Below are positions 1 to 12,839 of a DNA stretch of 64,000 bases, piece after piece. This DNA comes from Trichoplax sp. H2 (Eukaryota). Position 1 is the first letter of the stretch; the number at the start of each line of letters is the position of its first letter. The notes beneath the pieces were generated by a model. The model searched no databases. It was not told where the DNA came from and was given only the letters and a program-made list of their open reading frames with translations. Where the stretch lies: NCBI GenBank assembly GCA_003344405.1, contig NOWV01000025.1, positions 372,001 through 436,000 on the forward strand, read 5' to 3'. The position numbers and the translations under genes were made by a program.

Positions 1-2296
1 TGTATAACAAGATTGCAGAACATCAATGACATGGTCTTATTTTATTCATAAAGTATCTTTCTCATCTTTTAAATCTCACGTAAATTTATTTGCTAAAGTT
101 TGTCAGTATGTGGTTTTATCTGTAGCGGCAATATCGGAACGTAATGTTACTTATTTCGCTGATGTAATTAGTTCTCTCTATTATGGTTTTACCGCTGGTT
201 CATAGTAGAAGTAGCTCTTTTTATTTACTTTCAAGACTGCCATCAGTTCATATAGGATTATTTGTTATGATAGTTTATCTAAATATATCGAAGCATTGAT
301 TCTGTTGTCAAAAAATGCTATAATTCGTCATTTAGAAGAAATTTTAGTTCAGATTACATCGAGTTTCGTCTAATTTGTATAGAGGTAAGAAATAGCACTC
401 AGATTTGTTCCTAACTAGTACTGAGATTACTACTTCAAAGAATGTAATTAGGAATGACATTTTTAACAGTATTTATTAAGAAATATTTTATAATATTGAG
501 ATTTTAACCGATATGAAAATTATTAATATTTCGGATCAATTTTAGACGTAAATGTTGTATATTTATCAGAATAAGATTTAATGTAGCTGATAGTTAGGTG
601 ATTAAATAACTTCATATCAGTAATAAGAGAAAGTCTTTCAAGTTTTCTCGAAAGCCTCTATTTGAACCTCTATTGATATAATGAACATGCAATCGAGGCA
701 AATTTAACAGCACATAATCAAATTTTGTAGTAAATTGATATGCATTATTTTAATAATGAGATAAAATATTTGCATTAAGAACAATACGAAAGCTTCTAAT
801 TAAGCTTCGCTAGTTAATAATATACCATAAGACACACAAGCAAGTAATTTTTTATACGCGTTATACTTTGAGTTTCTCAACGACGATTTTTAAGGCTAAG
901 AGCTGAAATACGGCACTACAGCTCATCAAATGTATTTCTGAAAACTTCATAATATTCTTCCAGAGCTAATAATTGTAATAAAACACAGTCTCAGAAAAGT
1001 CTAGAGCCGACAAATTATCTGTTTACCAGTTACTTACTTTAAAAGATTTCGATTTTGCCTAGAGTAATTTAACAAAAGAAATTTAACTAATAAGATCTAG
1101 GCAGTTGTCATGACATGATCTCGCTCTTGTCCTACCAATTTTTACTTATGGAAACGAGTCGATGAATCTGTAATATATGTTAGACCCTATTCTTGTCAAA
1201 GCAACATGCGAAAATATTGCACTGTAGTTGTAGCAATTTTAGCGCGAATTTGACTCAAGTAATAAAATTGACATTGATAACGGCGAATTTTCTGTAGTGC
1301 TATTTCAAAATTTAGAAGCTTACGGTATCAAATTGAGATCGAAAGTGCAGTTGTTCTGCTGGAAATAAATACCGTCTAGGGAGAATAAGGTTTACAATAG
1401 AATTAAATCTCTTTATGAACTTACTTACTTAAAATGAAGTATTAAACTAGTGGTTAACCTTGACATTCTTAGGAATGGCGCATAAAATCTGCCTTTTTAT
1501 CAGTATATACCCATATGAAAATTAAGATAAATTATGCATTTTTTTCTAATACAGCAAGTCTCGTTAGAATTTATTTCCTAATTTTAAATCGAAAAGGGGA
1601 AAATTTATCCGGATATAAGTTAAAAATTAAAAAAATGCAAAAAATTAATGTATACGGGACATTGTGAATTTAGATTAAAGTAAGATCAGAAGCGGTTACA
1701 CGTAATTCACAGGAAAAAGTTAATATTGACAGCTCCAGTAATTGGATAGAATGTATTATTCATATTTGATTATAATAATAAAAATCTTAATTTAATTATT
1801 TAAGTGCAATTGCGAATCACTGTCTAGTTTGTAAAATTTTAGTCTAATTTTATAGTAGCATAATCTTATATTACAACTACCTGCTAGATAGTTTAATTTT
1901 AAATTCTTAGCAACAATGCGGCCAATTATTTCCAGTAATAAATTAGACCTCGATGGGTAGTTTCTCTGTGTCGTAAATTTCTAAATTAGTTTTAAAAAGT
2001 TGTAAGATTACGCATTCAGCGATCCGTTAATAAATTAAACCATTCTGAAGTTGCTCTACAGTGTTAGCAATACAGCTAGATGGAATATTATATCGTTTTA
2101 ATGTTTATAGATCACGAAAATTGTCATAGTAAACTATCACAGTGACTGGGTTTAAGTTAACATATAGCAGATAATTTAAAATTAGCGCTATACTTATCAT
2201 ATTTGTTGTTTTCCAGATATTTTCGTGTACTAGCGGCATTCCTGCCATCAATCTTGAAGGCGTATCTGCCGATTTCAATCTAGGTTATTAGATCCT

Positions 2297-5200
2297 ATGT
2301 CTAAAGCAATTATTACTATGGACGGTACTAGATTACTACAAGTGATGGTAAGTACCACAAACTTTCTAATAATTGAAAGATATTATGAAACTGTGTCGAT
2401 AATATTATTATTGCTGACTATTTGGGCTGGTTGTACCTATCTAAATTCACAAACTAACTACATACTTATTATCGAGTAAAACTGATATAACTCGATTTAA
2501 TATCCATTTGTTCAAATCACATCTTCGCTATTATAATGCTGAATTCCGATTTATATTTGAATATCAGACATTCCAAAGACGAGATTCTTAAATTATTTGA
2601 GGCAATTTTTCAAACTATATAATAGCGCATTTTAAATGTAACAGATATGGTCTTCTCTTAAATGAATTTCCGTTATTTATTCTTCGATATTCGTTAAACT
2701 GCATCTGTATCGCTTTATAATGACCAATAACTTTGTTGTAAATTTCTTTTACCGTAAATTATGTTTGTTACTTATTGTGCCATTGAAATGATGAGTCTAC
2801 GAGCTGTAGTTGTTTGTGCTAAAGTCTAAACAAATATTACTTAGCTTAATTTATTTATCCAAATTAATAATAATCATAACTGAACTATTTTATATTTTTA
2901 GATAATTTTATTCTGCTGCTTTAATTCGGCTCGATCAGCTGATCCTTGCTTCAATACCAACCACTGTGATACTAAAACAGTTTGCATAGCTAGCAATGCC
3001 TCTTCTATGGGATATTTCTGTAAATGCCGTGCTGGTTATTATCCTACGATTTCTTCAGCTGTTGATCCTCACTGCCAACGTAAGTAATTTGTATTAGCAA
3101 TACAGCTAAATCGGCATAAAAGTATTAATAGTACAACAATTATCCTATTTATTGATACGTTGATCTTTCTTCATACAGAGGTCATGACGGTTAAGGGGAC
3201 AGTGGGATTTTTAGATAACTATACACCGGCCAGCATAGAAAACGACGTGGTATGTCAGTTTTACGAATAGTATTTGTTATTTTTAGTGTGCTCTACTTGC
3301 TACAGTTATAACTCTTGTAATACTTTTCTTTCAGGAACAATTTACCATCTTGAGTAGTTTTCCAGGTCATATGAGCACGCGTTTTCGAACTCTTCGGTAA
3401 GGAATTAAATGCTGTAGTATATTTATTGAGTTAAATTTTTAAAGATAAATATGCCATTAAATAGCTTAAAATAGTGTGGTTATTGCTTAACAATGAATTG
3501 ATGTTTGTTGCAATAATATTTAATTTGTATCATCTTTGCTATAGCTATGAAAAGATTAATAAAACATACTTCTCCTCATAGAATGCCTCCAATCGTTGCC
3601 AACTATTACTTGATGTTTCATTTCGACGCAGCGATAGAATATCAAAAATTGAATAAAGACATAAGCACTATGTTATCAACAGATACAAAATATAAAATAT
3701 TATACGCGGATCACTCTAGTAAGATTCCTACCGTCGGCTCTAAAATATAAATCATACGTATATTGTCGTTACTTATGCTACCCTATTAATTGATTAAGTC
3801 GCTCTATGAAGTTTTCGTTCATGAGTTTAGTTCCTAATCATAGTATGAGTTTGTTATCTGCCTTCATGCCGTATTAAATTCAGAAATAATTTATAATTTT
3901 ACAGGAATTAGTGAGTGTGATTTTAGTAATGATCCTTGCTCCAGCTTAAAACAACTGTGTGTCCCGGATGCTCTCTCGTATTCCTGTAAAAGTTGTGAAG
4001 CCGGAGTTCAATTCAATACTACAACTAAGACCTGTCCAGGTAAGATTGTATATCGTTATCGTAAATTCTCAAGAAATTCATTATTAGCTAGTTCTTCTTT
4101 ACATTAATTTTTCTATAATTAATTTCATCAAATGAATCATAGGCAATAGGAATAGTAACGTAATGGTTATGTAATTGTCATTAGTTATTCATAAGGAATA
4201 CCGTAAAATAGGGTATTAGAGTAATAAAATAAACGGTAGAAACCGGTATTCTAGGCCATAGTGAAATCTTTTAGATATAGATATTTATCGCTTGCAGTAC
4301 ATATTTTGCAGAATAATGATATAAATATTGGAGAATATACTTTTCGCATCTAGGTGAAGTTAAGCCTACACTTCCCCGCAAGACCTGGCCAACATTTACC
4401 TGTAAAGACGTTCATTGTGGGTCAAATGCATACTGTAATCCCGATTATTCAAAACCTTTCGGATGGTATTGTAAATGTAATGAAGGCTACTATCCAAATA
4501 TTGTATCAACTGAAGCAGCTGGATTTAGTTGTAGCTCGCAACCTCTCAAGTTATATCATGGTAATCTATATTATTGATTAGTTAAATATGGAAATGGGCC
4601 ATTATAATTAATACTCGTGTTGCCACTAGTGTTGTTGTACTAATCTATCTTCAATCACACGTAGAGGGAACCTATGTCGTAGCTACTCTAATCATATCGC
4701 CGAGGATTAATTCGACCGCTGTAAAACAGCAGCTGGTATAGTAGATGTGATTTCAATAGCTTTCTCTTTTCATTTTCTGGCAAAAGTACAGTGATGAGGA
4801 CAAAATGAATTGCGCCACAACCGTGTATAACTATAGTTATTGATCATCTAGGCAACCATGCTTTTCCCGGAGGGTTCAGATTTTGTTGCTAGCGAGATAA
4901 AATCGGTTAGGTACGGCATTAATGATACGATTTTATGTGAATATTTATTAATTTTTTTTCCTACTATTTATGTTTTTGGGGATTTTGGTAGGTGATCTCG
5001 ATAGTATAATATACTTGCTGTTATCGCCTTCTAATCAGAATATTAGGTGCTCTAATGCGTTAAATTTCTATAGGAACTGACACTTAGCTTTTATATTAAT
5101 TTCAGTTATGGCAATATAGAAGCCGACTTCCATATTAAAATCAACAGAAGCGTTCCAGTTGATTTGAAGAAGATTACTAATTCGATTCGAGCTGCAGTTC

Positions 5201-8200
5201 AAGTTGCTCAAAATTATACGTTTATACGTGTTCAATATTTTGGTAAGTTAGAAAATGCCTCCGTCCTTAGCTTATAAGTAACTACTATCTGGTTTACTTT
5301 CTTCCATACTCAAGAGTAACTCTGACAAAGGATTAATATGTATTTTCTTCAAATCTTGTAATCTTCACAACGAAATTATATCTAGCTTTATTTATATGAT
5401 TTTGATATTTTCACTAGATCCCAAAATATGCGGTACAGACTATGATCCTTGCTCTGGTCACTCACTGGAATGCGCTCCTAAGAATTACGGTTTCGAATGT
5501 CGAAGATGCCCAACGGGTTCTTATTTCCAAGGCTGTTTGAAAAATTGTTCGGGTACGCATACTATCTGATATTATCAAGATGACAAATGACTATTATCGG
5601 TACTGGATCAACCATGTTCCCGGAAAATATTAAGTCGAATTAACTCAGCCTTAAGCGAATTATCTTCAGTATTGTATAAAATGCTGCAGTCGCCTATTCT
5701 CAATGTTGTCATTTCTATGATTAATTTTCATTTTCATTTTAATATACGTATACAGAAATTGACGAATGTGCTAGCATACCAAATATTTGTAAGGAAAGCG
5801 AAAAATGTATCAACACAATTGGAAGCTATTACTGTCTATCAGGTATGATATTACACCCTCTTATGCTTGTATAATAAAAAGGAAGGTAGTTCAAATGTCA
5901 ATTCTATCATAGAATAGGTTAATACAACTTTATGTAGTATGGTAAGTTTCTATGATCAGAATAATAATTACTAGTAGTTCAGTCAAGTGTAAGACCAATT
6001 TATCTGTTTGCTGTATGTCTTATACGTTTAGCTAATGCTACGGAAACCTCTCAAATCCTTCCGACGGCTAATATCTCAGCAACTTCTGCGGACTATATGT
6101 CAGGAACAAGCGCAACGGAAGCAACCGCGACTACAATTCCTTCATCAACTGCTGCCTCAGAAATTTTATCAGATTATATCTCAGCAACAGGAGAAGTTAA
6201 GACAACGGCGACTCCAATTCTTGCTTCAGCTAATGCCTCAGGAACTTTATCAGCATATATCTCTGCAACAGGAGAAATTGAAACAACAGCAACTCAAATT
6301 CTTGCTTCAACTAATGACTCAAAAACTTTATCAGAATATATTTCAGTAACAGAAGATGTTAAAACAACAACGACTCAAATTCTTGCTTCAACTAATATTT
6401 CCGAGACTTTATCAGAATATATCTCAATAACAGGAGAAGTTAAAACAACCGTTACTTCAGTTGAAACAGTAATTAAGTCTGAAGAACCGTCTATCGAAAT
6501 CTTAACAAGCGCTACCAGTGTAATAACATCTTCTGCTCATATCCAATTGGAAAGCTCGAATGTAGACCAAAGTAGTTCCGTCGAAGTACCGGGATCTTCG
6601 ACAAATTATATTGAGAGTACAGGTCACAAGAGTACAAGCTACTGGAGTGATTCTCATAGTTCAGCTGTATCCATATTACCGGCACCTTCTGAGGTTGATT
6701 GGTTAGGCACAGCATTTAATGATGTTACCGTTAGCCCAAGTGAAGTCATCATTATTAATAGTACCGCTACACCCGAATTACCAACTGAATATTGTGCAAG
6801 AAATCGTTGTGAGGCCAATTCTATTTGTATAGTAAAGCCTAACAGTCCATCAGGAATTTATTGTCAGTGTGATACAGGATATCGTCCTACGAACACAACT
6901 TCCATAGGTCAAGTTGGCTGCAAAGGTAGCGTATTTTTGCTATTTGGGTAAAACATAGTAAGTAGATCAATAGTTCCAACATGCAAATGGTCATGATATA
7001 CTAAATACCGGTATGTTAATAAATTATATCATAAATCAAAGATAATTAAAGATACTAACACTTACATCTCTAAATCCGTAGATATTAATGAATGCATCAT
7101 TTCCAAACCTTGTGATCATAAATGTATCAATACTGTGGGCAGCTATTCGTGTTCTTGTCATCCAGGATTCAAACTTGGTAGCGATAATAAAACTTGTGGA
7201 GGTACATAGATCCCCTAATTATGATGTGCTGGTGATGAAATTTTATGGATATGAAATGATATGCTGTAATTCTTATAAATCATAATGGAATGCTATCAGA
7301 TAGATCTCTGTAGCGGTAGATAGCTCGCATTAATTGTTTTAACATAAATCCTTTGTTGCCTATTTATATACTACTTCAGTTTTCTGTATTTAGCAATTAC
7401 TAGCTTAAGCGATTGATGTGAATTTTAAATTGTAGTGATAAAACGCTGCCACATTGTCTATCAATCTTTCATTAATTTTTCAATTAATTCTTTACGATAC
7501 CATTTAAGTAATTGTCAGCCGACTGATTATGGGATGTAACTTAACATTCATTATTACATTTAATCTATAACTTTAAATAGATGTAAATGAATGCGCTAGC
7601 AATGATAATCCTTGCTTCTTTCAAAAGAAGCTTTGCCTCAATCTCAATCCGGGATATATGTGTCAAAATTGTCCCACTGGTAGTTCCTTCGATACGTTAA
7701 TAAACGGTTGTACAGGTAAAGATTTTGCTCATTCACTAATGGCTATCATGTACAGTATTTATTTATTTGGTATCAGGTATTTTTTTTTACTGCATAGAGG
7801 TTTGATTTAGCAACATAAACTAAAAACATACTGCCTAGAGAACAGCCTTACAGTTAGCGTTTTAAATACCTTCAATATAGAGTTTATAAGTGCTCATGTT
7901 ACATTTTTATCTTTATTGTACTTTCGGTTAAAAATCGGCGTCCGATAGCTGCCTCCACTTCTAGTCCTACTGTTGGTAGCAATTCCTCTGCTACATTGGG
8001 TGATCAATGTAAACATGATACTTGTGGGTCAAAAGCAAAATGTTATGATCAGCCGTTATTATCACCCCAATTTTTTTGTCGATGTCGCCAAGGCTACTAT
8101 CAAGATAACCCCAGCGAATTACTAATTAACGGGGATGGATGCTTGCGTAAGTATAGTAATCTTGAATGATGAACTGTATGCGTACTGCCTATCCCTATAT

Positions 8201-8964
8201 TTATTGCTATACTGTACACGCTGATGTAAAGAAGTTGGTTATACCCAAGAGGTCCGGTTCACATAAATTTTGCAGGCTTATTAAAATAATTTAGGACAAT
8301 AACATCTAAACTTCGTAGTTGTTAGTAATTATGCTACCGTTGTAGCTCGGTAAACTACTGCTATGCGTAACATACCGTAATAATCAGATGCAAATATCAT
8401 ATCCCATTAGCTGGTAGGTTTGTTGCTGGGTACGTGAATCTTAGACCTAAACCAAACCTTTTTAGTAATGTTACCGATGAAATGCTCAAGTCAGAGACTA
8501 AACATCAGGTTAGTTTAATCCTTCCACTTGAATAACAAGCATATTGTGCTTCCATGTTTAATTTTTCTTACCTCGTATACAGTATTATTTGATTATAAAT
8601 CTGCAAACTGATTTGATTATTTGAAAAATAGATGGAAAGTATGATTAGAGCACAATCAGGAATGCAAAATCACTTAATGAGGTCAACGCACATCTCTAAC
8701 CGGTAAGCATGGTTATTTTTGATTAGAATTTAAAATGGACTTTAAAGATTCGATAACAAGTTACTTTATGCCTTACTTGCTCAACTTTTATTACCTAATT
8801 TCAGCTATGGCCAGGTATTAACGATTGATTTTCAGTTAACGCTTAAGAAGGAAGCTCCAATATCACTGTCGGCAATTCAGCAAGTATTAAGTGCACAATT
8901 GATGTCCATTTATACTTATGACGTAATAAGTGCCCAAGTGACAAGTGAACTTAAAGGGATCTAA
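2297..8964 (+). CDS. Secreted EGF-like/SEA-like domain mosaic protein with a Ser/Thr mucin-type repeat (19 coding exons, ~1001 aa)
   Basis: Phase-consistent GT-AG exons: 2297-2347, 2902-3079, 3179-3249, 3335-3396, 3582-3718, 3905-4039, 4354-4560, 4665-4735, 4852-4910, 5106-5242, 5418-5552, 5756-5842, 6032-6925, 7082-7201, 7581-7715, 7949-8146, 8411-8508, 8632-8702, 8805-8964 (TAA). Signal peptide (MDGTRLLQVM|IILFCCFNSARSA; alternative ATG at 2318). Six-Cys EGF modules. Canonical cbEGF DINECIISKPCDHKCINTVGSYSCSCHPGF. Three Cys-free ~90-aa SEA-like modules. No transmembrane segment before the stop. The SEA call rests on size, context and pattern, not on a search. Confidence 0.85.
6032..6450 (+). 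repeat. Coding tandem repeat, 81-bp (27-aa) Ser/Thr-rich units, ~5 copies
   Basis: Units SDYISATGEVKTTATPILASANASGTL / SAYISATGEIETTATQILASTNDSKTL / SEYISVTEDVKTTTTQILASTNISETL / SEYISITGEVKTT start 81 nt apart (6169, 6250, 6331, 6412), with more degenerate units upstream. Confidence 0.9.
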
Positions 8965-11900
8965 GTACTCGTTCGATGAAGTAGCGTAAAATCAAGTCGG
9001 CTTTTCCAGATATTAATAGTGGCTGGTTCTTATAGCGAAAAGTGATATCGGCTAAAATTGACCTTGCAATACATTTTCGTGGATTAATTAATGGTCAATT
9101 AGCATGTAACTTTAGCTACATTACTAAAAAAGTAGAATCTGTAATTTCGCTTAATTAAGGTGCTTAAAAGGTATCATGGCCGTAGAATTCGGATAGCTGA
9201 GATAAAGTAAATTTCTTTAGTTTATTTTTAATTAATTTATAACTGAGTTTATGGTATGTGGCCTTTTTGAACGCCATAAATCATCTTGATGAGCAGTATC
9301 GTACGTTAGATAGTTTATCTTGTGTCGCCTTGATCACGCAAAATTGATTCACCGATACAATCAGTCTCGTAGTAATCTTGATGCAGCTGTCTTTAATAAT
9401 TTATAAATGTATCGATCTTAATCGAGCATCCTATTAGTTTTGCTTGTTGTCATGCGATAATTTCTGATATGTATGATTAAATGCTATCGATTATGACTAT
9501 GGTTTGACACTTTGATTTTAGATTTGTTATAAATTTATTACGGTATTCAATATTGTACACGGTTTCTGTTTTATCGGATTAACCGTGAAATTGCTGTATA
9601 CGTATCCTCGTATATTCGTACGAAGTATGTAAGATAAAATGCTACCGTGCTAGTTTAGTAGAAATTATGATTATTTTGGGAGAAATTTAGCATCTATACT
9701 TTAACCCTTGTCTCGTAGCATTTGACAGATTTTTTTATTTACTGTTAAAATAATAAAAACATGATTTGGAATATCTTGTAATTTGAAACTAAAATTAACA
9801 CATCAGCGTAGTAGAACTGTAGTAGTTTACAGGACTAAAAATATCCAACATTGCAAATACAATAATACTTGTGTTAAAGAATAATGTAAACTTAGAAATG
9901 TATGTTACCTACATTACCAGTGTAGTAAAGCCTACTAATCCTTTCTCACTTATTGAGTAGAGAAATATTTCATATATTAACGGTATCCAATATGTCTTTG
10001 ACAACGTGTATAGCTAACTAGTTACCTCAGCTCGCCATTTACCGCACGGTTATGCACCAAGGCATATGATTTCAACTCAATTGGCAGTTTGATTCTTCAT
10101 ACAAACGTATACTGATTTCGCTGTGGATTTATTTTCACGATCGAACATCATACGAATTCTAACTTTCTGCTATAAATTGAAAGCGGAATGAAAATTATCA
10201 AAGGAATTTATTTTATCCAAAGATTTTTTCCCCATTTGATGATATTTAAGCACATCGCATATTACAGTTTTAATCTAGTTCTATGTCTGTTCTCCACTTG
10301 AGCCGTCCATAGAGTGCAAAGGAATTCATCGACTCATTTCAGAGTTTCCAAAATAGTTTTGCGCTATCCTGCTATACTGTCACTATTCTAGATCTTTTCT
10401 AGGCTTTTGAACCATTTGGCTTTGGCCGGTACAATACCATGGTTAAGGCTTGATGAAATCAGTTAAGTGCTGTAACTTAAATGAATGATATTAAAAGATT
10501 AAATTAATTCCTTCTGCGATAAGCAAATAAGATATGAATCGATTATACCATGTTTCTCCATGAATAAAGAACTCTCCTTAATATTAAATCATATTCATAT
10601 CGACTCATAGTTGTTTCCTTCCACTAGCTGCCATATTAGGATACTTTGCACTACACGGCATACATGCATGTTATACATTAGTTTATAATTAATTTATACA
10701 TCATAGAGTATTATTTATTTATTTAGTCATGAAGAAGGGCACCTGCAACGAAAACCATGGCGTCATACTGGCTCATGACTGGCTATAGTAAATAATACTT
10801 TTGATTTGGCATTATTAATACATTAAAGTATGATCAGTGGCTCTCTCAGACTTTCTTTCCCTTTTGGTAGACCCATCAGACAAGTGTACATGGTAGAATA
10901 CACAGTTTCCTATATGTGCCAATGGCCTACAATACTTCAAAATCGATTAGAAAGCTATCGATATTCACAGTTGGTTATGGTCATGTTATGGTATGGATTG
11001 CCGATGGGATAGCCTAAGGTGTCATTCATTTATGCTGACTGTAGGCAATTTCACCGGCAATTAATACCATAGCATGAATGTAAGATAGTCATTCCCCTGT
11101 AATATATCCGGGAATGCTTTACCTTGTAGAGCTGTTACAGCAACAATTATACGAGTAGTAACGGGAAACGACTGGATTTAGGACAGAGTGTGCTGTAGTA
11201 TTGATTACAGTGGTGTCGACTGCATATTAGCTAGTCAAGCGTAAAAGTGGAGTCGCTATGCTACTAGGAATGTTGTGTTTGCTTAGAGATTAACCCATAT
11301 GCGCAATAAAAGGGTGCGATTTTCCTTTACCTGTAAATCTACTATTTCTGATGTCGGTTTGGAATTTACAATATTGGTATGGTATTCCTCAACTGCATTG
11401 TGGACTTATTGTATAGCGTAGAGCCTAGAGGTAAAAGAAAAGGCTTTATTCTTCCACAGTACCTCTGAGCATTTCCTTGTACAGAAGGAGGGTAACAAGG
11501 GAGCGAGAATCGGATCGCTTGGTAGACTAAGTGGATGGTTAATAGTTGGCCTTGGGTGATTGAACATTCATACGATATTACCCAGGGAATTATTCGGAAA
11601 TTTCTCTTATAAGTTCCTAGTATAGCGTACTATTATAGTTATGTATTATCGGAATATGATAGGAACGTCTGGCCTATTGAGATAGGAAGGGTTTGAAGTT
11701 GGGAATTGAAAGCATGCCCAAAAAGTATCGAATACGTATGTTGAATCGCTGTGACTAGCCGGAGTACCGAGATTATTCCTTTTAATTGATTTATCTAGTG
11801 GAGGATACTACTGTCAAAGTAGAGCAAGTCCACCTGATAGTAGACTGTCCATTGACTCAACATTAAACGGCATGTTGGCTAGAGAAAACGCTGTTGTCCA

Positions 11901-12839
11901 TTGAAGTAGCCAAATGATCAGTGGCGCCATTTGGCATCAGACACAAGAAACTGAAAGTAGAACATTTCCACATGTGACAATCTACTGTATCCTATTGGGC
12001 AGTTTGCTCAACAATAATGTTGATGCTGCCATGCTGGCATGTTGATTTATTATTGGATTGTCACTTTATTGACATGAAGTGGCAGAGTAGCTTGAAAGTG
12101 ATCTACTGTATTGTATAAGAAGCGAAGCGACGCTGGCATCGGATAGACTACCGTCTGGACGCAGTCAATACAATACAGTGTACAGTACACTAGTACAAAC
12201 TACTCCAGTCTTTTTTTTAGTACTGTAACAATCTGGCCACCACTCTCCAGTACGGACATCGATCTCACTTTGTGCGTCATACGTTTGCACTTGAGTGGTT
12301 GTCTGATTGACGCTACTACTCTTTGTAGTCTATTATTGTGGTCGCATAGCGGGAATAATGTCGTCATCATTAGCGTCAACCATGGATGGATACAGTCTAA
12401 AACTTGTAACGCACCGACGATCGTGTTGATACAGTATGCAGACGACAATTGAATACTGTACTGTGCCACTTGGCGATGGCAGTGGGTCTCTTTCTGCTGT
12501 AAATTATCCATATTGGATCAGGATTAGTCAGGACAATTGGGGATTGCATTGCTAAATCCACCGTCATTCTTTTCTTTCATACTGTACACTGTAGATCGCC
12601 CTACTGTAGATTATCGCTCTGTCACTCACTACGCAAGGACACTTTAAAATCAAGGAGTTGCTACTTAGAGCATTTCATTCTTTCACTTATTCAGAAGAAG
12701 TTGGTTGGTTAGGAAAGGAAAATTCTCAGTGAAAATTCAGATTCATTAACGCCAATTGATTACCACAGTCTTGGATATATTTCCTTGTGGCTCCAATAGT
12801 ATTGATACTGCTATCAATTGGCCATATTACGCTACCACG

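Noticed and set aside
6035..6349. Gln/Leu-rich 104-aa ORF
   Set aside because: Off-frame reading of the 81-bp Ser/Thr repeat exon. Splice phase supports the other frame.
12200..12511. Overlapping 103-aa (-) and 60-aa (+) ORFs
   Set aside because: No recognisable domain and no supporting exon chain.
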